DNA from: Corynebacterium amycolatum
GTDB lineage: Bacteria; Actinomycetota; Actinomycetes; Mycobacteriales; Mycobacteriaceae
Reading direction: 5' to 3' (one strand)
DNA length: 32,000 nucleotides
NCBI RefSeq assembly: GCF_049243625.1
Contig: NZ_CP046975.1
Part shown: positions 24,940 to 32,000 of the stretch, in pieces
How positions within the stretch are numbered: position 1 is the stretch's first letter
Layout: each line of letters starts with the position of its first letter
Program-made: the position numbers and the translations under genes
Notes under the pieces: model-generated
Database searches by the model: none
What the model saw: only the letters and a program-made list of their open reading frames with translations
What the model was told of the DNA's origin: nothing

Positions 24940-27792
24940 CTACTTAAGCAGCGGCTTCAGGTACTGCCCGGTGTGGGATCCGGAACAGTTCGCGACGTCC
25001 TCCGGGGTGCCCTCTACAACCACGGTGCCACCGCCGGAACCGCCCTCCGGCCCCATGTCGATGATCCAATCCGCAGACTTGATGACATCCAAGTTGTGCT
25101 CAATGACAATGACGGTGTTGCCCTTGTCCACCAGACCCTGCAACACCAGCATGAGCTTGCGGATGTCCTCAAAATGCAGACCCGTGGTCGGCTCATCCAA
25201 GATGTAAACGGTGCGACCATTAGAGCGTTTCTGCAGCTCACTGGCCAGCTTCACGCGCTGAGCCTCACCACCCGAGAGCGTGGTTGCCGCCTGTCCGAGA
25301 CGGACATAGCCCAGGCCGACGTCGACAAGCGTATTGAGATAACGCGCAATCGACTGAATCGGCTCAAAGAACTCCGCTGCCTCGGAGATGGGCATGTCCA
25401 GCACCTCAGCAATGGTCTTGCCCTTGTAGCGAACCTCCAGCGTTTCGCGGTTGTAGCGCGCGCCGTGGCAAACCTCGCAGGGCACGTAGACATCCGGCAG
25501 GAAGTTCATCTCGATCTTGATGGTGCCGTCGCCCTTACACGCCTCACAACGACCGCCCTTGACGTTGAAACTGAAGCGACCGGGCTTATAGCCGCGAACC
25601 TTAGCCTCTTGCGTCTCTGCGAAGAGGTTGCGGATCTTGTCGAACACGCCGGTGTACGTCGCTGGATTGGAACGCGGGGTGCGGCCAATCGGCGACTGAT
25701 CAACCTGCACCAGCTTGTCCAGGTGATCCAGCCCCTCCACGCGGCTGTGTCGACCCGGCACCTGACGAGCTCCGTTGAGCTCGTTGCTCATCACCTTGGC
25801 CAGAATTTCGTTGACCAAGGTCGACTTGCCTGATCCGGAAACCCCCGTCACACAGGTCAGCACACCGAGGGGAAACTTCACGTCAATCTTCTTCAGGTTG
25901 TTCTCGCGAGCGCCCTTGACCGTCACCATGCGCGACTTATCAATCGCACGCCGGCTCTCCGGCACTGCCAATACCCGACGACCCGAGAGATACGCACCTG
26001 TCAGTGATTCCTCGCAGTCAACAATGCCCGACGGGTCACCCTGGTAGACGATCTGGCCGCCGTATTCACCGGCCTTTGGCCCAATGTCGACCAGCCAATC
26101 GGCCTCGCGAATCGTGTCCTCATCATGCTCGACCACAATCAGGGTATTGCCCAGGTCGCGCAGGTTCTTCAGAGTCTTGATTAGACGATTGTTATCGCGC
26201 TGGTGAAGACCAATCGACGGCTCATCCAAGACATAAAGCACGCCGGCGAGCCCCGAACCAATCTGGGTGGCCAGACGAATTCGCTGCGCTTCGCCACCGG
26301 ACAGCGTGCCCGCCGAACGCGACAGGGACAGATAGTCCAGCCCCACATCCAGCAGGAACTTCAGACGAGCCTGCACCTCACGCAGAACGCGACCGGCAAT
26401 CATTTCCTCGCGCTTGCCCAAAGTCAGCGAATTCAGGAATGCCGAGCCATCGTGGACCGACAGCTCTGTGAGCTCGGCAATATTCTTCTGCCCGAACTCC
26501 GCCGAATCCAGCGTCACCGAAAGAATTTCTGGCCGCAGACGCGTGCCATTACACGCAGGACACGGCACTTCACGCATGTACCCCTGGAAGCGATCCTTCT
26601 GAGAGTCACTCTCTGCCTGCGACAGCTTGCGGTGCAGGTACGGCATCACGCCTTCAAACGGCGCGGTGTACTGGCGAGTACGGCCGTACCTATTGCGGTA
26701 ACGCACCGTGACCTTGTGACTGGAACCATGCAGCAGGGCCTTACGCTGCGGCGCTGTGAGATCCTCGAAAGGCGTGGTCGGGTCGAAGCTCATCTCGGTG
26801 GCGAGCCCCTCGACCAGCTTTTCAAAGTACTTCTTGTTCAGCGTCTGCCGCCACGGCGCAATCGCCTCAATCGTCGGCAGCGACGGGTCTGGAATGACCA
26901 GGTCCGTGTCCACCTCCAGCTTGGTGCCGATGCCGTCGCACTCCGGGCAGGCACCATACGGCGAGTTAAACGAAAACGACCGTGGTTCCAGCTCATCGAT
27001 AGCGATGCGGTGCCCATTCGGGCAGGCCATTTTCTCCGAGAAACGCTGGGTTCGACGCGGGTCATCTGCCTCTAGCCCGACTGCGTCGATGACCACGACG
27101 CCGTCGGCAAGCAGAAGCGCCGTTTCGACGGAATCGGTGAGCCTGCGCTGCTGTGACTCCTTCACCTGAAGGCGGTCAATAACCACGTCAATGTCATGCT
27201 TGACCTGCTTCTTCAGCTTCGGCGGATCCGTCAGGCGATGCATTTCGCCGTCGACGATGACACGCGCGTAGCCCTCGGATGCGAGGCGTTCAAACAGGTC
27301 GACGAACTCACCCTTGCGCGTACGCACGACGGGTGCGAGGACCTGGAATTTGGTGCCCTCCGGCATCTCCATGACCTGATCGACAATCTGCTGTGGAGTC
27401 TGTGAGGAGATTACTTCCCCACAGGTCGGACAGTGCGGAGTACCGGTGCGTGCGTAGAGCAGACGCAGGTAGTCATACACTTCTGTGATGGTTCCGACGG
27501 TCGAGCGCGGGTTGCGGTTCGTCGACTTCTGGTCTATCGACACCGCCGGCGAGAGCCCCTCAATCATCTCTACATCGGGTTTTTCCATCTGCCCCAGGAA
27601 CATGCGCGCATAGGAGCTCAGCGACTCCACGTAACGGCGCTGGCCCTCGGCGAAAATTGTGTCAAATGCCAGTGACGATTTACCCGACCCCGACAGACCG
27701 GTGAAAACCACCATCTTGTCTCTGGGCAAATCGATGTCAACACCCTGCAGGTTATGCTCGCGGGCGCCTCTGACCACTAGACGTTCAGCCAC
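24940..27792 (-). CDS. uvrA: Excinuclease ABC subunit A
   Basis: The ORF has two ABC ATPase modules (Walker [10 protein letters not shown] and GVSGSGKST; signatures LSGGEAQR twice) and zinc modules (CPTCGE..., CEACKGDG). I prefer the GTG at 27792, which has GAGG 9 nt upstream and gives [14 protein letters not shown]. The ORF-track TTG at 27807 has no SD. Confidence 0.96.
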   Translation of the reverse strand: MAERLVVRGAREHNLQGVDIDLPRDKMVVFTGLSGSGKSSLAFDTIFAEGQRRYVESLSSYARMFLGQMEKPDVEMIEGLSPAVSIDQKSTNRNPRSTVGTITEVYDYLRLLYARTGTPHCPTCGEVISSQTPQQIVDQVMEMPEGTKFQVLAPVVRTRKGEFVDLFERLASEGYARVIVDGEMHRLTDPPKLKKQVKHDIDVVIDRLQVKESQQRRLTDSVETALLLADGVVVIDAVGLEADDPRRTQRFSEKMACPNGHRIAIDELEPRSFSFNSPYGACPECDGIGTKLEVDTDLVIPDPSLPTIEAIAPWRQTLNKKYFEKLVEGLATEMSFDPTTPFEDLTAPQRKALLHGSSHKVTVRYRNRYGRTRQYTAPFEGVMPYLHRKLSQAESDSQKDRFQGYMREVPCPACNGTRLRPEILSVTLDSAEFGQKNIAELTELSVHDGSAFLNSLTLGKREEMIAGRVLREVQARLKFLLDVGLDYLSLSRSAGTLSGGEAQRIRLATQIGSGLAGVLYVLDEPSIGLHQRDNNRLIKTLKNLRDLGNTLIVVEHDEDTIREADWLVDIGPKAGEYGGQIVYQGDPSGIVDCEESLTGAYLSGRRVLAVPESRRAIDKSRMVTVKGARENNLKKIDVKFPLGVLTCVTGVSGSGKSTLVNEILAKVMSNELNGARQVPGRHSRVEGLDHLDKLVQVDQSPIGRTPRSNPATYTGVFDKIRNLFAETQEAKVRGYKPGRFSFNVKGGRCEACKGDGTIKIEMNFLPDVYVPCEVCHGARYNRETLEVRYKGKTIAEVLDMPISEAAEFFEPIQSIARYLNTLVDVGLGYVRLGQAATTLSGGEAQRVKLASELQKRSNGRTVYILDEPTTGLHFEDIRKLMLVLQGLVDKGNTVIVIEHNLDVIKSADWIIDMGPEGGSGGGTVVVEGTPEDVANCSGSHTGQYLKPLLK

Positions 27793-27855
27793 AGTGGGAA
27801 ACCTCAATTCGTCGACGATTCACTGCCGACCAGTCTACAGTCCATAACCAATTTT

Positions 27856-27871
27856 TCGCACATGTGTTCAG
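27856..27871. promoter_or_regulatory. Candidate LexA SOS box (TCGCACATGTGTTCAG) in the uvrA / MBL divergent promoter region
   Basis: It matches the actinobacterial GAAC-N4-GTTC core with one core mismatch (GCAC-N4-GTTC), and 13 of 16 positions of TCGAAMANNTGTTCGA. It sits where the -35 of a candidate uvrA -10 (TAGACT at 27837..27832, minus strand) would be. Confidence 0.35.
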
Positions 27872-27931
27872 AGACTCGCAGTTAAGTCGCGTTCCTAGCG
27901 CACCGACAGACACCTCATTACCCTGGGGCAC

Positions 27932-28639
27932 ATGAACGACGTCATTACAATTAGCCCCTACTCCAACGCGCCGAGCACGCGCGGCGTTGAGCGCATTGAC
28001 TACGGCAATGTCACTATTTATAAAACCTCCGTCGGACCGATGGAAAACAACGTCTACCTTTTGGTCGACTCCCGCGAGCCCGACAATTCCCTACTTATCG
28101 ATGCCGCCACCGACGCCGACCACTTAGTCCGCCTGGTTGAGCACGTCGGCGCGCAGGTCCGCACGATTGTCACCACGCACTCCCACGGCGATCACGTCCA
28201 GGCGCTCGGCGAGCTCCTGCAGGCATTCCCGGCCCGCCACATCACGTCATGCCTCGACGCTGCAGACATTCCCGAACCCGCCGACCAGCAACTCGACGGC
28301 GGCGAGACCATTACTTTCGGCGAGGGCATCACGCTTCCCACGTTCATCTTGCGCGGGCACACCAAAGGCGGCCTCTGTCTCGACCTGTCCGTCAAGGTAA
28401 CCGGCGCGCTTTCCGACGACACCCCGTCACACCACCTCTTCGTCGGTGACAGCATCTTCCCAGGCGGTGTCGGTAAAACGTACTCGCCCGAGGATTTTTC
28501 GCAGCTTATCGACGATGTCGAGAGCCGTGTCTTCCACGTCTACCCCGCCGACTCGGTGATTCACCCCGGCCACGGCAAGGACACCACAGTTGGCGTCGAG
28601 AGCCCCGAGGTGGAGAACTGGCGCCAGCGCGGCTGGTAG
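27932..28639 (+). CDS. MBL-fold metallo-hydrolase (glyoxalase II-like)
   Basis: The 235-aa ORF has the THSHGDH metal-binding motif (HxHxDH), with downstream His/Asp ligands (RGHTKGG, FVGDSIF, HPGHG). Confidence 0.88.
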   Translation: MNDVITISPYSNAPSTRGVERIDYGNVTIYKTSVGPMENNVYLLVDSREPDNSLLIDAATDADHLVRLVEHVGAQVRTIVTTHSHGDHVQALGELLQAFPARHITSCLDAADIPEPADQQLDGGETITFGEGITLPTFILRGHTKGGLCLDLSVKVTGALSDDTPSHHLFVGDSIFPGGVGKTYSPEDFSQLIDDVESRVFHVYPADSVIHPGHGKDTTVGVESPEVENWRQRGW

Positions 28640-28805
28640 TGCTGGATGAGCGTGGTTGGTAGCGCTAGATGCAGTCGCAGCGTCTGAAAAACTCGTCATT
28701 CCCACGACATAAATAGGCCAGGCTGCGTAGGATTAATAGTGAATTACAGCGACCAGGTGGCCAAAAACACGGTTTCACCTGGACGACAAAGGAGATGGAA
28801 TTTAG

Positions 28806-29675
28806 ATGATTCGCAAGTTTGCCCGACCAATGCTGGCCTCGGTTTTCGTTGCCGACGGTGTCGACACGCTGATGAACCAGAAGGATCATGAAGAGGGCGC
28901 ACGCGACTTGATTGCCCGCGTCCGCTCCGTAACCCCGAACCAGTACAACAAGTACGTGCCAAATAGCGAGAAGCTGGTTGTTCAGGCCGTCGCTGGTACC
29001 AAGGTTGCCGCCGGTTCCCTCTACGCTCTGGGTAAGGCCCCACGCCTGTCCGCCACGGCTCTGGTCGCTGCACAAATTCCGACGATGCTGGCTCGCCACG
29101 CATTCTGGGAGGCCCAGGACTCGAAGGAGAAGGCGGCTCGCCGCACTGGATTCCTGACCGACATCGGTCTGCTGGGTGGCCTCTTCCTGGCTACCGCTGA
29201 CACCGACGGCAAGCCGGGTGTCGCTTGGCGCGCTGAGAAGGCTGGCAAGCAGCTGAACAAGAAGGTTCAGGCTGCCCTGCCGACCAAGTCTGAAACCGAG
29301 CAGCGCACTGAGGAAGTCAGCGCAGCTTTCGCTTCCGCCGGCGAGAACGTCCGAGAAAAGGCCGGCCTGCTCCGCGACTGCGCTTCTGAGGCCACCGATG
29401 GGGCTCGTGAATACGTCGAGGAGAACAAGGACGGCTGGCGCGAGCAGCTCACCGGCGCCTTCGACACCGCTAAGAGCTACGTCGAGGACAACAAGGACGA
29501 CTGGATTGCCAAGGCTAGCGAGCTCGCTGAGGACGCTCGCGACTACGCCGAGGACCTGGGCAAGGATCTCAAGAAGGACACTCGCAAGCAGCGCAAGGAA
29601 CTGCGCAAGCGCGCAGCCAAGGCTTCCAAGGAGGCCAAGAAGTCTGCAAAGAAGGCGCAGAAGCGCCTGCAGTAA
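28806..29675 (+). CDS. DoxX-like four-helix membrane protein with C-terminal charged 22-residue-repeat tail
   Basis: The 289-aa ORF has about 135 N-terminal aa with four hydrophobic segments (ARPMLASVFVADGVDTL..., AVAGTKVAAGSLYALG, LSATALVAAQIPTML, FLTDIGLLGGLFLATA), as in actinobacterial DoxX-family proteins. The remainder is a K/E/D/A-rich tail. Codon usage supports the + frame, and the 352-aa antisense ORF is rejected. The DoxX label is tentative. Confidence 0.7.
   Translation: MIRKFARPMLASVFVADGVDTLMNQKDHEEGARDLIARVRSVTPNQYNKYVPNSEKLVVQAVAGTKVAAGSLYALGKAPRLSATALVAAQIPTMLARHAFWEAQDSKEKAARRTGFLTDIGLLGGLFLATADTDGKPGVAWRAEKAGKQLNKKVQAALPTKSETEQRTEEVSAAFASAGENVREKAGLLRDCASEATDGAREYVEENKDGWREQLTGAFDTAKSYVEDNKDDWIAKASELAEDARDYAEDLGKDLKKDTRKQRKELRKRAAKASKEAKKSAKKAQKRLQ
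29403..29600 (+). repeat. Three in-frame 66-bp (22-codon) repeat units in the tail of the DoxX-like gene
   Basis: The units start at 29403 (AREYVEENKDGW...), 29469 (AKSYVEDNKDDW...) and 29535 (ARDYAEDLGKDL...). The DNA core tacgtcgaggRaacaaggacgRctgg is 25 of 27 identical between 29412-29438 and 29478-29504. Confidence 0.85.
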
Positions 29676-29706
29676 GTTTGCTGCCGCAGTTAAAGCGGTA
29701 TACTTA

Positions 29707-29746
29707 AACGCTCCCCACGCCACTACGCGTGCGGGGGCGTTTTCAT
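29707..29746 (+). terminator. Candidate intrinsic terminator after the DoxX-like gene
   Basis: It is a GC-rich imperfect hairpin, aacgctccccacgc / gcgtgcgggggcgtt, followed by ttttcatattttt. It lies about 32 nt after the TAA at 29673-29675. Confidence 0.6.
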
Positions 29747-29809
29747 ATTTTTATATTCATTCAGCACATCAATTAGCACTAGTTTTAACGAACTGTTGAG
29801 GAGACCAGG

Positions 29810-32000
29810 TTGGCGTCGCTCGCATCCGAGCCCGGGCAGGACCAGACAGGCCGCATTGGCCGCACTGGCCAGGCAGGTCTGCCGGACCAGGCAAGTTCAG
29901 CACCACAGCGAGAAGAAGAGAGCACCCTCGCTGCAGAACAGGCCTATGTCGATCGTGCGTTCAGCTTCCTCGACCGGGCACGCGAGCGCGACCAGGAGTA
30001 CCTGCGACAGGTCATGCTCATCGACGACCCAGACCCGCAAGCCCGCGTTGAACGCGAGGTGGAATACCACCGACTACAGGCTAACCTGGACCGCTACCGC
30101 TCAGCCGAGATTGGCCTGGTCTTTGGTCGAATCGATATCGATGACCCAGACCCCGACAATCCTTTGGCAGAGGAAGGGCCGGGGGCGACCGTCGATAAGC
30201 GATACATCGGGCGAATCGGCCTGTCCGATGAAAACGACGACTACCGCACGGTCATCATGGATTGGCGTGCCGATGGTGCGCGCCCGTTTTACCTGGCCAC
30301 GACCGCGCATTCCGAGGGAGTCAGCCTGCGTCGCCACCTGCGCACGCACGGCCGGAAGGTCCGCAGCATTGACGACGAATGGCTCTCCGGCGAGGAAGCC
30401 GACAGCGCACACGAAACCGAAGTCGAGGCTGGTGTCGGTGGCGAATCGGTGCTGCGCGAGGTCATGAATCAAGCGCGCACCGGCCATATGCGCGGCATTG
30501 TGGAGACCATTCAGCGCGAGCAGGACCTCATCATCCGCGATTCCACCCGCGGCACCCTGGTCGTCCAGGGCGGGCCCGGCACGGGCAAGACGGCGGTGGC
30601 GCTGCATCGCGTCGCGTGGCTTCTCTACACCTACCGCGATCAGCTGGCGAAAACCGGTGTCCTCATCATCGGCCCGAACACGACCTTCCTCGACTACATT
30701 TCCCGCGTGCTGCCGAGCCTCGGCGAAACAGGCGTGGTGCTGACCACCATCGCCGATCTCTACCCCGGCGTACGCGCGTCCAACGCGCTTATCGACGGGC
30801 ACAACCCCGAACCCCTGGTTGCGCAGGAAGTTAAGGGCTCGATGGAGATGCTCACTATCCTGCGCGAAGCCGTGCGGGCCTACCAGGAGCTCCCCGCGGA
30901 GTCGTTTGAAGTCCGTAACGACAACATCATCCTGACCATCACGCCAGAGATGGTGAAAGCCGCGCGAACGCGTGCGCGGCGGACTCGTAAACCACATAAT
31001 CTGGCACGTCCGATTTTCCGGGATCACGTGGTGGAACTCCTGGCCGCACAGATGGCCGAGGTCATTGGCGCCGACCCGCTGGGCGGCGAAAACCTGCTGT
31101 CCGTGACCGACGTTGCCGACCTGCGCGACGAAATTGACGAATCCGGAGCAGTCGCTGACATCCTCGACGAGCTGTGGCCCGCACTCACACCCGAGCAGGT
31201 GCTGTCGGAACTGCTGAGTTCCCGCGAGGCCATCGACTACGCCGCCAGCGATTACGACGAGCTGACGCGCGAGGCTCTCTACCGGCCGGAAGGCACCGAC
31301 TGGATGCCTTCCGACGCCCCGCTTCTCGACGAGCTGGCGGAGCTCCTCGGCCCGGTTGGTGAAGCGGAGACCGATGACGAGAATTGGCAGGCCCGCGTCG
31401 AGGAGGCGCAGGGCGCGTTGGATACCCTGTCCAGCTCTGCGTCCCAGGACCTTGACGACGGCTTCGAGGCCGAGATTCTATCTGCGTACGACGTCATCGA
31501 TGCCGAGGCACTGGCCGAACGCCACCGTGAGCGCGACCTGCGATCCACCGCCGAGCGGGCGGCGGCGGATCGCCTGTGGGCCTACGGCCATGTCATCGTC
31601 GACGAGGCTCAGGAACTCTCCGCGATGGCCTGGCGCATGCTGCGCCGCCGCAGCCCCAATGGTTGGATGACCCTCGTCGGCGACGTGGCCCAGACGGGCT
31701 CACCCGCAGGTGCCGCGACCTGGGACGATGTGCTGGAACCGATCATCGGCTCGAGGTGGCATCTCCACGAGCTGACCGTCAACTACCGCACCCCTGCTGA
31801 GGTGATGGAGGTTGCCGCCAGCGTCCTGGCTGAGATTGATTCGGAGCTGGAGGCGCCGCAGTCGATTCGCGCGACCGGCCGCAAGCCTGTTCAGGCTCGC
31901 ACCGTGACGGAGGCGTTGGCACATGTGGAGCGGGTTGCACAACCGGATCGCCTGGTCGCGGTCATCGCCCCGGCAGAGTTGCTCGACGCCACGCGCGCGG
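29810..32000 (+). CDS. HelD/HelR-like SF1 helicase-like protein (UvrD-like ATPase), 3'-partial; not in the supplied ORF track
   Basis: The frame is open from the stop at 29786-29788 to the window end. TTG at 29810 is preceded by GAGGAG (29798-29803). My translation includes ...AEQAYVDRAFSFLDRARE..., Walker A GGPGTGKT (30569-30592), an acidic insert, Walker B VIVDEAQE (31592-31615) and LTVNYRTP. High GC3 in this frame supports it; the ORFs listed here in other frames are Arg-rich artefacts. Confidence 0.85.
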   Translation, partial: MASLASEPGQDQTGRIGRTGQAGLPDQASSAPQREEESTLAAEQAYVDRAFSFLDRARERDQEYLRQVMLIDDPDPQARVEREVEYHRLQANLDRYRSAEIGLVFGRIDIDDPDPDNPLAEEGPGATVDKRYIGRIGLSDENDDYRTVIMDWRADGARPFYLATTAHSEGVSLRRHLRTHGRKVRSIDDEWLSGEEADSAHETEVEAGVGGESVLREVMNQARTGHMRGIVETIQREQDLIIRDSTRGTLVVQGGPGTGKTAVALHRVAWLLYTYRDQLAKTGVLIIGPNTTFLDYISRVLPSLGETGVVLTTIADLYPGVRASNALIDGHNPEPLVAQEVKGSMEMLTILREAVRAYQELPAESFEVRNDNIILTITPEMVKAARTRARRTRKPHNLARPIFRDHVVELLAAQMAEVIGADPLGGENLLSVTDVADLRDEIDESGAVADILDELWPALTPEQVLSELLSSREAIDYAASDYDELTREALYRPEGTDWMPSDAPLLDELAELLGPVGEAETDDENWQARVEEAQGALDTLSSSASQDLDDGFEAEILSAYDVIDAEALAERHRERDLRSTAERAAADRLWAYGHVIVDEAQELSAMAWRMLRRRSPNGWMTLVGDVAQTGSPAGAATWDDVLEPIIGSRWHLHELTVNYRTPAEVMEVAASVLAEIDSELEAPQSIRATGRKPVQARTVTEALAHVERVAQPDRLVAVIAPAELLDATRA

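Noticed and set aside
28665-29723. A 352-aa minus-strand ORF covers the whole DoxX-like gene.
   Set aside because: It is a Leu/Ala/Gly-rich mirror translation. The + frame has typical codon usage, an upstream AAGGAG, four hydrophobic helices, in-frame 66-bp repeats and a downstream terminator.
29707-29746. The GC-rich inverted repeat upstream of the HelD-like gene was considered as a rifamycin-associated element (RAE)-type operator.
   Set aside because: I cannot recall the RAE consensus well enough to test it. The hairpin plus T-tract immediately after the preceding gene is explained adequately as its terminator.
29796-31027. ORF-track entries 29796..30467 (+), 30379..30834 (+), 30498..30743 (+) and 30101..31027 (-) lie in the region of the helicase-like gene.
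   Set aside because: All are off-frame or antisense relative to the continuous frame starting at 29810, which carries Walker A and B motifs and high GC3. Their products are Arg/Pro-rich nonsense.

Overview
This is a high-GC actinobacterial chromosomal core region. Gene order and protein sequences look like Mycobacteriales, most likely a Corynebacterium; that assignment is inference, since no search was possible.

Positions 1-22135 form one co-directional minus-strand block. In transcription order it holds infC-rpmI-rplT, a TrmH/SpoU RNA methyltransferase, pheS-pheT, a secreted S1 (trypsin-like) protease and the complete argCJBDFRGH operon. A 57-aa Trm112-like ORF (below the ORF-track cutoff), mpg and tyrS follow. 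The block ends in an rRNA operon: leader, 16S, tRNA-free ITS, and the 5' half of 23S running off the left edge.

The right part holds a 799-aa DUF2339-like polytopic membrane protein (+) whose stop lies 1 bp from the stop of uvrA (-). Divergent from uvrA are an MBL-fold hydrolase, a DoxX-like membrane protein with a 22-residue-repeat charged tail, and a HelD/HelR-like SF1 helicase-like gene. The helicase-like gene is open to the right edge and is also absent from the ORF track.

I saw no CRISPR array, transposase, integrase, phage gene or tRNA, and I cannot support a multi-gene novel system here.

The most interesting items are:
- the two genes the ORF track missed
- the non-canonical infC start
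- the accessory protease sitting in a variable slot, with a stop-spanning 15-bp tandem duplication
- the repeat-built tail of the DoxX-like protein
- the unexplained 403-bp infC upstream region
- a candidate SOS box at the uvrA/MBL divergent promoter

The many long ORFs antisense to real genes are high-GC artefacts.
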